This document shows positions 48,339 to 56,322 of a stretch of DNA of 64,000 nucleotides, in pieces. The notes under the pieces were generated by a model. The model did no database searches. It was given only the letters and a program-made list of their open reading frames with translations, and was not told the DNA's origin. A program made the position numbers and the translations under genes. Location: contig CACCZQ010000003.1 in assembly GCA_902550485.1 (NCBI GenBank), positions 34,099 to 98,098 on the forward strand, given 5' to 3'. This stretch comes from an uncultured Prochlorococcus sp. Its GTDB lineage: Bacteria > Cyanobacteriota > Cyanobacteriia > PCC-6307 > Cyanobiaceae. Positions within the stretch are counted from its first letter, which is position 1. Every line of letters starts with the position of its first letter.

Positions 48339-48698
48339 ATGAAAAAGAAGCCATTTATCTATTCTGATTTATCAAAAAAACAATTAGAAAAACTTAAAGA
48401 ATTTTATATTCAAAAAAAAGTTGAATCGATGGGTCATCAAGAGCTTAAACAATTTGTACTAGAAGTTATTTCTCATCAAATAAACGATACTATCGACAAA
48501 GAAGAAGAAATGGAAGCATGGAGAGAGATGTCAGATTTTTTTGGAGAGCAATTTGAAATAGTAATCCAAAATATACAAACAAGATACATTGAGGAGAAAA
48601 ACGTTCTTGAGACAGAAATAGATTCTCAAAAACGAAGAATAGAATTACTTGAGAAGAATACTCTAGATAAAGAGAAAATAGATATGTGGGATGACTAG
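48339..48698 (+). CDS. Hypothetical charged helical protein
   Basis: 119-aa ATG ORF, E/K-rich, ending DMWDD, with host-like composition; probably just outside the island. Confidence 0.75.
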   Translation: MKKKPFIYSDLSKKQLEKLKEFYIQKKVESMGHQELKQFVLEVISHQINDTIDKEEEMEAWREMSDFFGEQFEIVIQNIQTRYIEEKNVLETEIDSQKRRIELLEKNTLDKEKIDMWDD

Positions 48699-49201
48699 TA
48701 TTTCCTGTAAGGAGAAATTTATATCATATAAAAAAATATATCTTGATTATGTAGAACGTAAAAATGAATAAAACCTATTTTTTTATATAGAGAATTAATA
48801 ATTGTTCTATTTAAAGTTTTTGAAACATCCTACAAAATCTTTCAAACCTTATTGATCGTATCGTAATGATATAAATTATTATTGTTCTATTTACTGTTCT
48901 TAAAAGAATATAATTTTCTTACATAACATGCTCGGCTATCGCTTTGTGAAAAACAGTTCATGTTCTAATGGGTGTTAGGGGGAAAGATATTAAAGGTGTA
49001 AAAAATCTGAATGACTCTACGCACTTGGGAAGATTTGAAAATCTGGTCTAAAGAAACAGGAAAACATCCAAAAGAATATTTTCATAAAGATTAAGAAGAG
49101 GGACAAAAGATACAAGAACGGTCTGGAGGAAAAAATCAAATTAGATCTCTCATAGTACTGCAAAGAAATTGAAGTATAATACTTATATTTTTACCTACAC
49201 C

Positions 49202-50257
49202 ATGGGAACACATCCATATTCAGATCTCCCAAAGAGTGCTTTCTGGAAAACTGGAGTTGCCCAAGAAAATCCATATGCCATCGAGGGCATTTACAAGAAA
49301 AAATTCAAAATCCCGCCTCAAAAAAAGATTGCAACTGCTGGTTCTTGTTTTGCGCAACATATTTCTCGTCATCTCAAAAAAAATGGATACAACGTTTTAG
49401 ATGTCGAAATGCCCCCACCAGGACTTCCGGATAAGTTGCATCAGAAGTTTGGATTCTCGATGTATTCCGCGAGATACGGAAATATCTATACTGTTCGTCA
49501 GTTACTGCAACTTACCCAAGAAGCAGCAGGTGAGTGGACTCCGCAGAACTTCATATGGGAAAAGGATGGAAAGTTTTACGATGCACTCAGACCTGTTGTG
49601 GAACCTAAAGGTCTTGACTCTCCAGAAGAAGTAATAAAACATCGTCAATTCCATATCTCACGAGTTAAAGAACTCTTTGAAAATCTAGACTTGTTTATTT
49701 TCACCCTTGGACTGACTGAAATGTGGATTCACAAGAAGTCTGGAACTGTGTATCCAACTGCCCCAGGAACATTAGCGGGTGATTTCGATGAGGAAATTTT
49801 TGAGTTCCAAAATTCCCGCTTTGATTCAATCAATAGAGATATGAAAAAGTTTGTTCAGGTTCTCAGACGTATGAGAGGAGGCAGGAATTTCAAGATGATT
49901 TTGACTGTATCTCCTGTCCCATTGACTGCAACAGCGAGTGGACACCATGTGATGGTATCTAATGTTTATTCGAAGTCAACATTACGGGCGATAGCAGGTT
50001 TATGGGCAGAGAAACCTTTTGTTGACTATTTCCCTTCTTACGAGATAGTCACAAACCCCAGGATGCAATCAACTGCATTTGCGGATAATTTAAGGTCTGT
50101 GAGGGATGAAACTGTTGAAACAGTTATGAAGCACTTTTTTAAAGAGCATCAATCAGTTCAGAGGAAGAAAAGTTCATCTGTTTCATCCTATTCGTCAGTG
50201 AAGACCAAAGAAGATATTCAATGCGAGGAAGAATTGATGGAGGCATTTGGGAAATGA
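49202..50257 (+). CDS. GSCFA-domain protein
   Basis: Literal AGSCFAQH motif; YSARYGNIYT, FIFTLGLTE, ILTVSPVPL, SKSTLR and YFPSYEI motifs. The ATG at 49202 is preferred over the TTG at 49169. Confidence 0.9.
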   Translation: MGTHPYSDLPKSAFWKTGVAQENPYAIEGIYKKKFKIPPQKKIATAGSCFAQHISRHLKKNGYNVLDVEMPPPGLPDKLHQKFGFSMYSARYGNIYTVRQLLQLTQEAAGEWTPQNFIWEKDGKFYDALRPVVEPKGLDSPEEVIKHRQFHISRVKELFENLDLFIFTLGLTEMWIHKKSGTVYPTAPGTLAGDFDEEIFEFQNSRFDSINRDMKKFVQVLRRMRGGRNFKMILTVSPVPLTATASGHHVMVSNVYSKSTLRAIAGLWAEKPFVDYFPSYEIVTNPRMQSTAFADNLRSVRDETVETVMKHFFKEHQSVQRKKSSSVSSYSSVKTKEDIQCEEELMEAFGK

Positions 50258-51090
50258 AAAATATATTATTTTTAGGAAGTTCGCATGTTGGTGCTTTAAA
50301 AGCAGGTTTTCATTCAGTCACAAGTGAAGAAAGTATTGATGCTTGTCCTCATTTGTGCAAAGTTAATTTTGCTGGTTTTAAAGGGAGATTTCTTGATGAA
50401 TTTTATCTAAACTCTAATTTAGATCTAGTGTCTAATAATCGTAATAATTTTAAGAGCGTTATACATGATCTTAAATTGGATAAAAAACAAAATTGCATTC
50501 CACTGGGTGAATTTGATCTAATAGCGATAGTCCAAGGTCCTTCACCTTTTTACCCTTTTTTATATTGTGGAGATAATATAAAAATTTCAATATTATCCTC
50601 TTTTATGATCAAAAGTATATGCGATTCGCTTTTGATTTCTGATTACAACTGTCGTCTTTCCGGGAAGTGGAACGAATTTGATAGGTTTACTTACATTTCC
50701 CCTTGCATCACTGAAATATTAAAGAGTCAAGAGTTGAAAACTATTTATATCGGGACACCTGTTCCTTCGAGGAAATGCTTGAGTAATGTGGGTAGAAATT
50801 TATTGGTTCAAGATGACATCAACATTCAAAAATGGAATACAATCTTTAATCAAGTTTGGTCAATATGCGAGTCTATGAACTCTCACGATAACGAATTTTC
50901 TACTAAGTGGTATTTACCTTGCTCTGAAATTATTGACCAAAATCAAATATATACTAGCAACAATTTTTTTGAATCTGCAGTAAATGTTTCTGGCGAAAAT
51001 CGATTTTCAGATGGATGGCATGCTAACGCAGAATACGGCAGGATTCTAATTTTAGACTTCTTAAAAATGGTTACCACTTTTTCTTATTAA
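50254..51090 (+). CDS. Hypothetical protein, putative SGNH/GDSL-like esterase or acyltransferase
   Basis: N-terminal ILFLGSSH (block I-like) and C-terminal DGWH (DxxH, block V-like). The ATG at 50254 overlaps the upstream stop (ATGA), with GGAGG at 50239-50243. Confidence 0.7.
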   Translation: MKNILFLGSSHVGALKAGFHSVTSEESIDACPHLCKVNFAGFKGRFLDEFYLNSNLDLVSNNRNNFKSVIHDLKLDKKQNCIPLGEFDLIAIVQGPSPFYPFLYCGDNIKISILSSFMIKSICDSLLISDYNCRLSGKWNEFDRFTYISPCITEILKSQELKTIYIGTPVPSRKCLSNVGRNLLVQDDINIQKWNTIFNQVWSICESMNSHDNEFSTKWYLPCSEIIDQNQIYTSNNFFESAVNVSGENRFSDGWHANAEYGRILILDFLKMVTTFSY

Positions 51091-51154
51091 TTACTGAAAA
51101 ACCCAAGCATGTAATTCTGCGCTTTGGTCGTAAAGAAAATGGGACTGTACATAA

Positions 51155-51439
51155 CAAAAACAGATAACAACTAAAGAGGAATTTATCTCTTATTTGTTAA
51201 ATAAGGGAGAGATTCATCTGTAGGAAGTTTCCAAAGATAAGAAGAAAAAAAGATTTAGTAAAAAACAAAATAATACTTATCAGAAGAATGACGTTTTAGA
51301 TATTTCAGATCCCAATAAGGAAGATGAAAACTTGATAATGACAGGTGGAATTGCAGGGGAAGAAGTCAGAAAATTTGGTAAAAATTTGAAATCATTTTCA
51401 GAGTGGAAAGGAGAAGTAAAAAGAGTTCTGAAGGGTTAA
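51155..51439 (+). pseudogene. Probable gene remnant (C-terminal fragment with an internal stop)
   Basis: One frame reads QKQITTKEEFISYLLNKGEIHL*EVSKDKKKKRFSKK...MTGGIAGEEVRKFGKNLKSFSEWKGEVKRVLKG* with a single TAG at 51221 and no start codon at its 5' end. Confidence 0.4.
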
Positions 51440-51445
51440 AAATAT

Positions 51446-51488
51446 CAAGAAAACATATCTGAGAAACAAGAAAACAACAAGAAGACAT
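51446..51488 (+). repeat. Three degenerate 11-bp direct repeats (CAAGAAAACAT consensus)
   Basis: CAAGAAAACAT at 51446, CAAGAAAACAA at 51467 and CAAGAAGACAT at 51478; the set ends 120 bp from the att-like core at 51608. Confidence 0.55.
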
Positions 51489-51558
51489 TTTCAGAAAAAG
51501 TGACTATATTGGTCTATTCTGGTCTTCTCCGATACCTAGAAACCTCTGTGTGGGTCAT

Positions 51559-51583
51559 AAAAAAAAAGAGACCTTTAGGTCTC
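51559..51583 (-). terminator. Intrinsic terminator downstream of the duplicated tRNA 3' fragment
   Basis: GAGACC-TTTA-GGTCTC hairpin (51568-51583) with an A9 run (U-tract on the minus strand). Confidence 0.75.
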
Positions 51584-51607
51584 CTGAAATGATTTGAACT
51601 CGTTATA

Positions 51608-51621
51608 AAACTCCCCGGGCG
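51608..51621 (-). repeat. att-like direct repeat of the tRNA-Asn 3' end
   Basis: AAACTCCCCGGGCG is identical to 54102-54115 (last 11 nt of the tRNA plus 3 nt); a GC-rich exact match in AT-rich DNA. Confidence 0.85.
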
Positions 51622-51693
51622 AATGTCTAACAAGTGCAAAATGCACTGTTATGAAAGGGTTTGGAAGTGGTTTTCTTTATATATAGTGCGGTA

Positions 51694-51714
51694 ACCAGAA
51701 CGATACCAGAACGA
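51694..51714 (+). repeat. Two 11-bp-period direct repeats (ACCAGAACGAT)
   Basis: ACCAGAACGAT ACCAGAACGA, about 75-95 bp inside the att-like core; shares the CCnGAAC core with the array at 53905-53981. Confidence 0.7.
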
Positions 51715-51780
51715 ATTATAAAAACTGAACATCACTTTTTACAAAAACATATTAATAAATCATTTAGAAAGTTCTTTATT

Positions 51781-52227
51781 TCACTTTAACCCAACTTTTG
51801 GATCTTCTTTAATTACTTCAATATCATTTTCATCGTGATAATCAGTATTCATGAAGTGTTTAATCATCTTGGTTTGCGTCCTCATGCAAATTGTTGAGTA
51901 ATCAACAACGTGTTCAAGGTAAAAATCTATCTTCTTTTGTAAAACCACACTCTCAGCAATGTAACGACAAAAATTAGTTATATTTCTAAATTCAATATCT
52001 TCATATCCGACTTTTTTATTGTGTATTTCAATAAAAATATTCCACAGATCATTATTATCTTCTACGTTTAAAAATGGTTCTTTCTCTTTTCCAGTATTTT
52101 TATATGGTTGGTTGTGATTCAAATATTTATTAGAACGATTCCAAAGTGTCTCAGATTTAATTGGTAGAGAAGATATTAAAAATAATGATCCAATAGTAAA
52201 CAAGAAGAGATTTTTAAACATTTTCAA
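51781..52227 (-). CDS. Hypothetical secreted protein
   Basis: Basic then hydrophobic N-terminus (MFKNLFLFTIGSLFLISSLPIKS); two Cys; no family recognised. Confidence 0.7.
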   Translation of the reverse strand: MKMFKNLFLFTIGSLFLISSLPIKSETLWNRSNKYLNHNQPYKNTGKEKEPFLNVEDNNDLWNIFIEIHNKKVGYEDIEFRNITNFCRYIAESVVLQKKIDFYLEHVVDYSTICMRTQTKMIKHFMNTDYHDENDIEVIKEDPKVGLK

Positions 52228-52480
52228 TTGTTAGTAAGAATCTAATTATTCACCCAAATAACAAATCGAGCAATATTGAATTTTAAATTTTCATCTTTTT
52301 TCATTGAATTTTAAAGTTGATTCCAATTTTAATGCCTCTCTTAGAGAGTTAGTGCTAAATTCCACAGTTGCTTGAATTCTTTTTTGGTCTTTAAAACTGC
52401 AATAATTTATAAGTTTATATATTTTTTAAAGAAGAAGATGAAGTTAATGAATTTTTAAAAAGTAGGTGATGAAAAATATC

Positions 52481-53800
52481 TTAATTTTGTAAATATTCAA
52501 TTTTAATTTCTTTAAAATCCTTAAGTATATCAAGATTATTAACCTCGAAAGCGAATCCAAACCATCTGTTACTAGTAAAATCTAAAAGTTCATAAAATCT
52601 TTGACCATGGGTATAAAGTTGTGAAGGGCAATTATTAACTCTTCCGATATATCTTTTTTGATAGTTTGTTTCTGACATTCCAATATTTTCAAATATCATA
52701 TTTCTAAGTTCACCTTTAAATTTCCCATTACATTGTTCTTCAAAAGCATAAATTGGTTGCTCCAAATTGTCGATTAGACTGATTCTTAACTTTGAGAATC
52801 CAAATACATTATTTTCCAACAATTTATTTCTTTCATTTTCAAATCGATCGCGTATTCCTCCTAAAATATAATAATTAGAAATAGTCTGTTTTTGATGATT
52901 CCTAAATATAACTCCTATATCTTCAGAATATTGAAAATCATAGTTATCTCGATACTCTATATTTCTAAATAAATCTTTCCCCCATATTGAAGTAATTGAA
53001 CTAGTTTTTTTATCACTTATGTTCTCTAGAATATTTAATGAATTTTCAATAAAATCTTTTTTTAAGTTTAATGAGAAAAGGAAAACAACAGTTTTCTCTA
53101 CATTAAATCGTGAATGAAACTCACTATCATTAGGATCACAAAATCTTTCTGGGAACATATTTGCACAATCCTTTGAATTTATAAAACTTTCTGCAGTTTG
53201 CAAATCATCAATAGAAATATCAATTACTTCTCCATCTCTTACTGGGAGGATAATTTTTTTTAGTAACTCAAATTTATTATCAAGATTTTTAGTTTTAGCA
53301 CCCATTTCTGCAAACAAATTTGTTGTAGAAATTTCTTTAGTATTCAATGCCAATTGCTTAATATAATTACGAAAGTCTTCAATTCTTACATCTACTCTTG
53401 CAGTAACATTAAAAATTGATCCATTTTCTTGAATATTTAAAATTTCAAAATATTTAATAGATCCCTGTGAATAATCTTTTATATCTTTTTTAATAATTTT
53501 TGTCTTACTAATAACTCCATCTCTTATTTCTTTTTGTTTTTTAATTTGGGTTTCTGCATCAATAAAAGAACCAACTACTTGTGTTAAAGCATTTTCTGCT
53601 GCATTTTGAGCAGCAGATTCAAGAGTAGTACCAAAACCGTTAGCAGTAACTGTTTTAATTTCTTTTTCTTCTATTGCATTACTTATTAAAGTATTTGACT
53701 TTATATCTATGTGTTTTTGTTCAGATGAATATATTTGATTAGAAATTCCCGCTAAAAGTAGGGCAGAAGTAAATGAAATTAATTTTAAAAAATTTCTCAT
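52481..53800 (-). CDS. Hypothetical exported protein with an LPP20/FlgT-N-like N-terminal domain
   Basis: Signal peptide, then VTANGFGTTLESAAQNAAENALTQVVGSFI...YSQGSIKYFEIL...FNVTARVDV, which resembles LPP20/FlgT N-terminal domains (recognised by eye). Confidence 0.7.
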   Translation of the reverse strand: MRNFLKLISFTSALLLAGISNQIYSSEQKHIDIKSNTLISNAIEEKEIKTVTANGFGTTLESAAQNAAENALTQVVGSFIDAETQIKKQKEIRDGVISKTKIIKKDIKDYSQGSIKYFEILNIQENGSIFNVTARVDVRIEDFRNYIKQLALNTKEISTTNLFAEMGAKTKNLDNKFELLKKIILPVRDGEVIDISIDDLQTAESFINSKDCANMFPERFCDPNDSEFHSRFNVEKTVVFLFSLNLKKDFIENSLNILENISDKKTSSITSIWGKDLFRNIEYRDNYDFQYSEDIGVIFRNHQKQTISNYYILGGIRDRFENERNKLLENNVFGFSKLRISLIDNLEQPIYAFEEQCNGKFKGELRNMIFENIGMSETNYQKRYIGRVNNCPSQLYTHGQRFYELLDFTSNRWFGFAFEVNNLDILKDFKEIKIEYLQN

Positions 53801-53904
53801 TTTTTAATTTCCTTAGAATTAATTCCTTATCGAATACTATATATGATTTCAATAAATAAAAAATCGTAAATCAAGATTCTCTTTTGAATTAATTAAAGAC
53901 TCTC

Positions 53905-53981
53905 ATCCCGAACATTTTTTTATCAAATCCCAAACATATCCCGAACATATCCCGAACATATCCCGAACATATCCCGAACAT
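53905..53981 (+). repeat. 11-bp tandem repeat array (ATCCCGAACAT)
   Basis: Five adjacent copies at 53927-53981 (the first has G>A) plus one perfect copy at 53905-53915, exactly two periods upstream. Confidence 0.95.
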
Positions 53982-54053
53982 TTTTTTCAAAATAGTGCAT
54001 ACTGGTGAAAGGTTCTGGAAGTGTCTAAATCCAGAGAACCCTGATATACCCAC

Positions 54054-54078
54054 AAAAAAAGAGACTTTTGAAAGTCTC
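54054..54078 (-). terminator. Intrinsic terminator of tRNA-Asn
   Basis: GAGACTT-TTGA-AAGTCTC hairpin (54061-54078) with an A7 run (U-tract on the minus strand), 26 bp past the tRNA 3' end. Confidence 0.8.
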
Positions 54079-54104
54079 TGGAAGTGATTGGAAGTGTTAT
54101 TAAA

Positions 54105-54176
<72 letters not shown>

Positions 54177-54225
54177 ATATAAAACGAATTTAACTCTTCA
54201 AAGTGCCTTATGACAAGTAGAAGAT

Positions 54226-54912
54226 TTAATTATATTGAAATTTTGATGGTTCTTGCCAGCTAGATAAAAAACCATTTTTCAGCTCTGCTACTGAATCAGC
54301 ATAATTTAATTCTTCATAACGATGAGTAATCCACAAAGCGGATAAGGGTTTTTTATGGTCACTTGTAAGATTTTTAATAGTTTTTAAGACTTTTAATTGG
54401 CTGGTTTGATCAAGTAACGCTGTAGGCTCATCTAAAAGAATAAAATTCCTATTACTTATAAGAGCGCATGCAATAGTTAAGCGTTGTTTTTGCCCACCGC
54501 TTAACGTGTGTACTGGCCTTTTTTCAAAACCAGTCAATCCCACCTGAGCAAGCACATTTTCGATTTTTTTATTAATTTCATCATCACTTATATTTTGGTT
54601 AATATTAATCAGAAGTTCGCTCCTGCAATTTGGCATCAATATTTGATGATCAGGGTTTTGAAATACCATCCCTATATCTGCTTTAGAGTTAATAACTCCA
54701 TGCTTGGGTTTAATTATTCCATTAATTAATTTAAGAAGGGTACTTTTTCCACTCCCATTTTTCCCGACGACCATCCAAAATCCAATTTTTTTTATAGAAA
54801 AATTACATTTAAAAATTAAATTTTCTTTTTTTCCAGGATATGAAAAAGAAACATCTTTGAAATGAATATGAGGTATTTCATTCTTAAGAGAATCTCGCAT
54901 AAATTCTATCAA
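54226..54912 (-). CDS. ABC/ECF transporter ATP-binding protein (CbiO-like)
   Basis: GKNGSGKST, VFQNPDHQ, LSGGQKQR, LLDEPT and ITH motifs. Confidence 0.9.
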   Translation of the reverse strand: MIEFMRDSLKNEIPHIHFKDVSFSYPGKKENLIFKCNFSIKKIGFWMVVGKNGSGKSTLLKLINGIIKPKHGVINSKADIGMVFQNPDHQILMPNCRSELLININQNISDDEINKKIENVLAQVGLTGFEKRPVHTLSGGQKQRLTIACALISNRNFILLDEPTALLDQTSQLKVLKTIKNLTSDHKKPLSALWITHRYEELNYADSVAELKNGFLSSWQEPSKFQYN

Positions 54913-55181
54913 TCTATATTAAGAGAAAATCCTGGTCTTTTAGCTCCTCCTGCTACTGATGATTTTTCATATATCTGAACAGAAATGATTTCTTTAGCTC
55001 TGACAGAAATTAATTTATCTTGCACTTTGTCACACCTTAATTCAATCAAGTTTGAGGATTCTAAAGATTCATTCATAGAACTTTTTATTTCATCATAAAT
55101 TCGTTTAACATCCTCAAATTCTTTCTTCTGAATTGAAAGTGGAAAGGGTGAATATCTCAGACTTAGTTCCAGCGAGTACAT
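54909..55181 (-). CDS. Conserved cyanobacterial hypothetical protein
   Basis: 90-aa ORF overlapping the ATPase gene start; ends KRPGFS. Confidence 0.75.
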   Translation of the reverse strand: MYSLELSLRYSPFPLSIQKKEFEDVKRIYDEIKSSMNESLESSNLIELRCDKVQDKLISVRAKEIISVQIYEKSSVAGGAKRPGFSLNID

Positions 55182-55337
55182 AATCCTTATAAAAAAACTA
55201 CCTTTTATAATAATAAATATTTTTTCAGGAGAAAGTCATTATAAATTAAATTCTTTTGAGAAAAATATGCAAAAGATCTTTAAATACAATTATTATTAAA
55301 ATAGGAGATTAAGTTTTGCAATTTTAATAATCATTTC

Positions 55338-56306
55338 ATGGAAATAGCCAATGATATAACTTCTCTAGTTGGAAACACCCCGTTAGTTAAATTAAATCGA
55401 ATCAGAGAGTATTGTAATTGTTATCCAGAAATAATAGCCAAACTAGAAAGTTTCAATCCATCAGCGTCCGTGAAGGATCGCATTGCTTATTCTATGTTAT
55501 GTAAAGCCGAAGAGGAAGGATTAATAACACCAGATAAGACAACGTTAATTGAAGCAACAAGTGGAAATACTGGAATAGCATTAGCAATGGTTGCTGCAGC
55601 AAAAGGCTATAAATTGATATTAACTATGCCGGATACTATGAGTATTGAAAGAAGGGCGATGTTGAGAGCATATGGAGCTGAATTACAGCTAACACCAGGT
55701 CAAGAAGGGATGAAAGGAGCCTTAGATTTAGCTACTGAGTTGTCTTCAAGCATTGCAAATAGCTATCAATTTAATCAATTTGAAAACTTTGCTAATCCAG
55801 ATATTCATGAGACAACAACGGCTCAAGAAATATGGGCCCAATCCAATAATAATTTAGATGGACTAGTTACAGGAGTAGGCACAGGAGGAACAATTACTGG
55901 TTGCGCACGTTTTTTGAAAAAAGTTAATCCAAATTGCAAAATTTATGCTGTAGAACCCAAAAAAAGTGCCGTAATTTCCGGAGAAAAAGCAGGATCTCAT
56001 TCGATTCAAGGAATAGGGGCAGGTTTCGTACCGAAAGTCCTGAATACTAAATTAATTGATGAAATTATAAAAATAGATGACGAAGAAGCATTTCATTATG
56101 GGCGCTTATTGGCTCGCTTGGAAGGTCTTTTATCAGGCATCAGCAGTGGAGCAGCTTTAGCAGCAACTATTAAAATCGGAGAAAGGAAAGAACTCATCAA
56201 TAAAAGATTGATAGTAATTCTTCCAAGTTTTGGTGAAAGATATTTATCAACCGCAATGTTTGAATCCACTACATCAATTCAAGCCAGAAAAGATGGTTAT
56301 CTTTAA
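55338..56306 (+). CDS. cysK: Cysteine synthase A
   Basis: VGNTPLV, SVKDR, EATSGNTG, GTGGT, IQGIGAGF and PSFGERYLS motifs. Confidence 0.97.
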   Translation: MEIANDITSLVGNTPLVKLNRIREYCNCYPEIIAKLESFNPSASVKDRIAYSMLCKAEEEGLITPDKTTLIEATSGNTGIALAMVAAAKGYKLILTMPDTMSIERRAMLRAYGAELQLTPGQEGMKGALDLATELSSSIANSYQFNQFENFANPDIHETTTAQEIWAQSNNNLDGLVTGVGTGGTITGCARFLKKVNPNCKIYAVEPKKSAVISGEKAGSHSIQGIGAGFVPKVLNTKLIDEIIKIDDEEAFHYGRLLARLEGLLSGISSGAALAATIKIGERKELINKRLIVILPSFGERYLSTAMFESTTSIQARKDGYL

Positions 56307-56322
56307 TTCCTAATTTATAAAA

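Noticed and set aside
52228-52480. Possible small gene between the two cargo ORFs
   Set aside because: Only ORFs of about 20 codons or fewer were found in the frames inspected; no support.
53905-53981. Possible CRISPR array
   Set aside because: Units are 11 bp and directly adjacent with no unique spacers; no cas genes in the window.
48700-54104. Prophage, IS element or autonomous integrative element
   Set aside because: No integrase, transposase, replication or structural gene motifs in any ORF; only end signals and cargo are visible.
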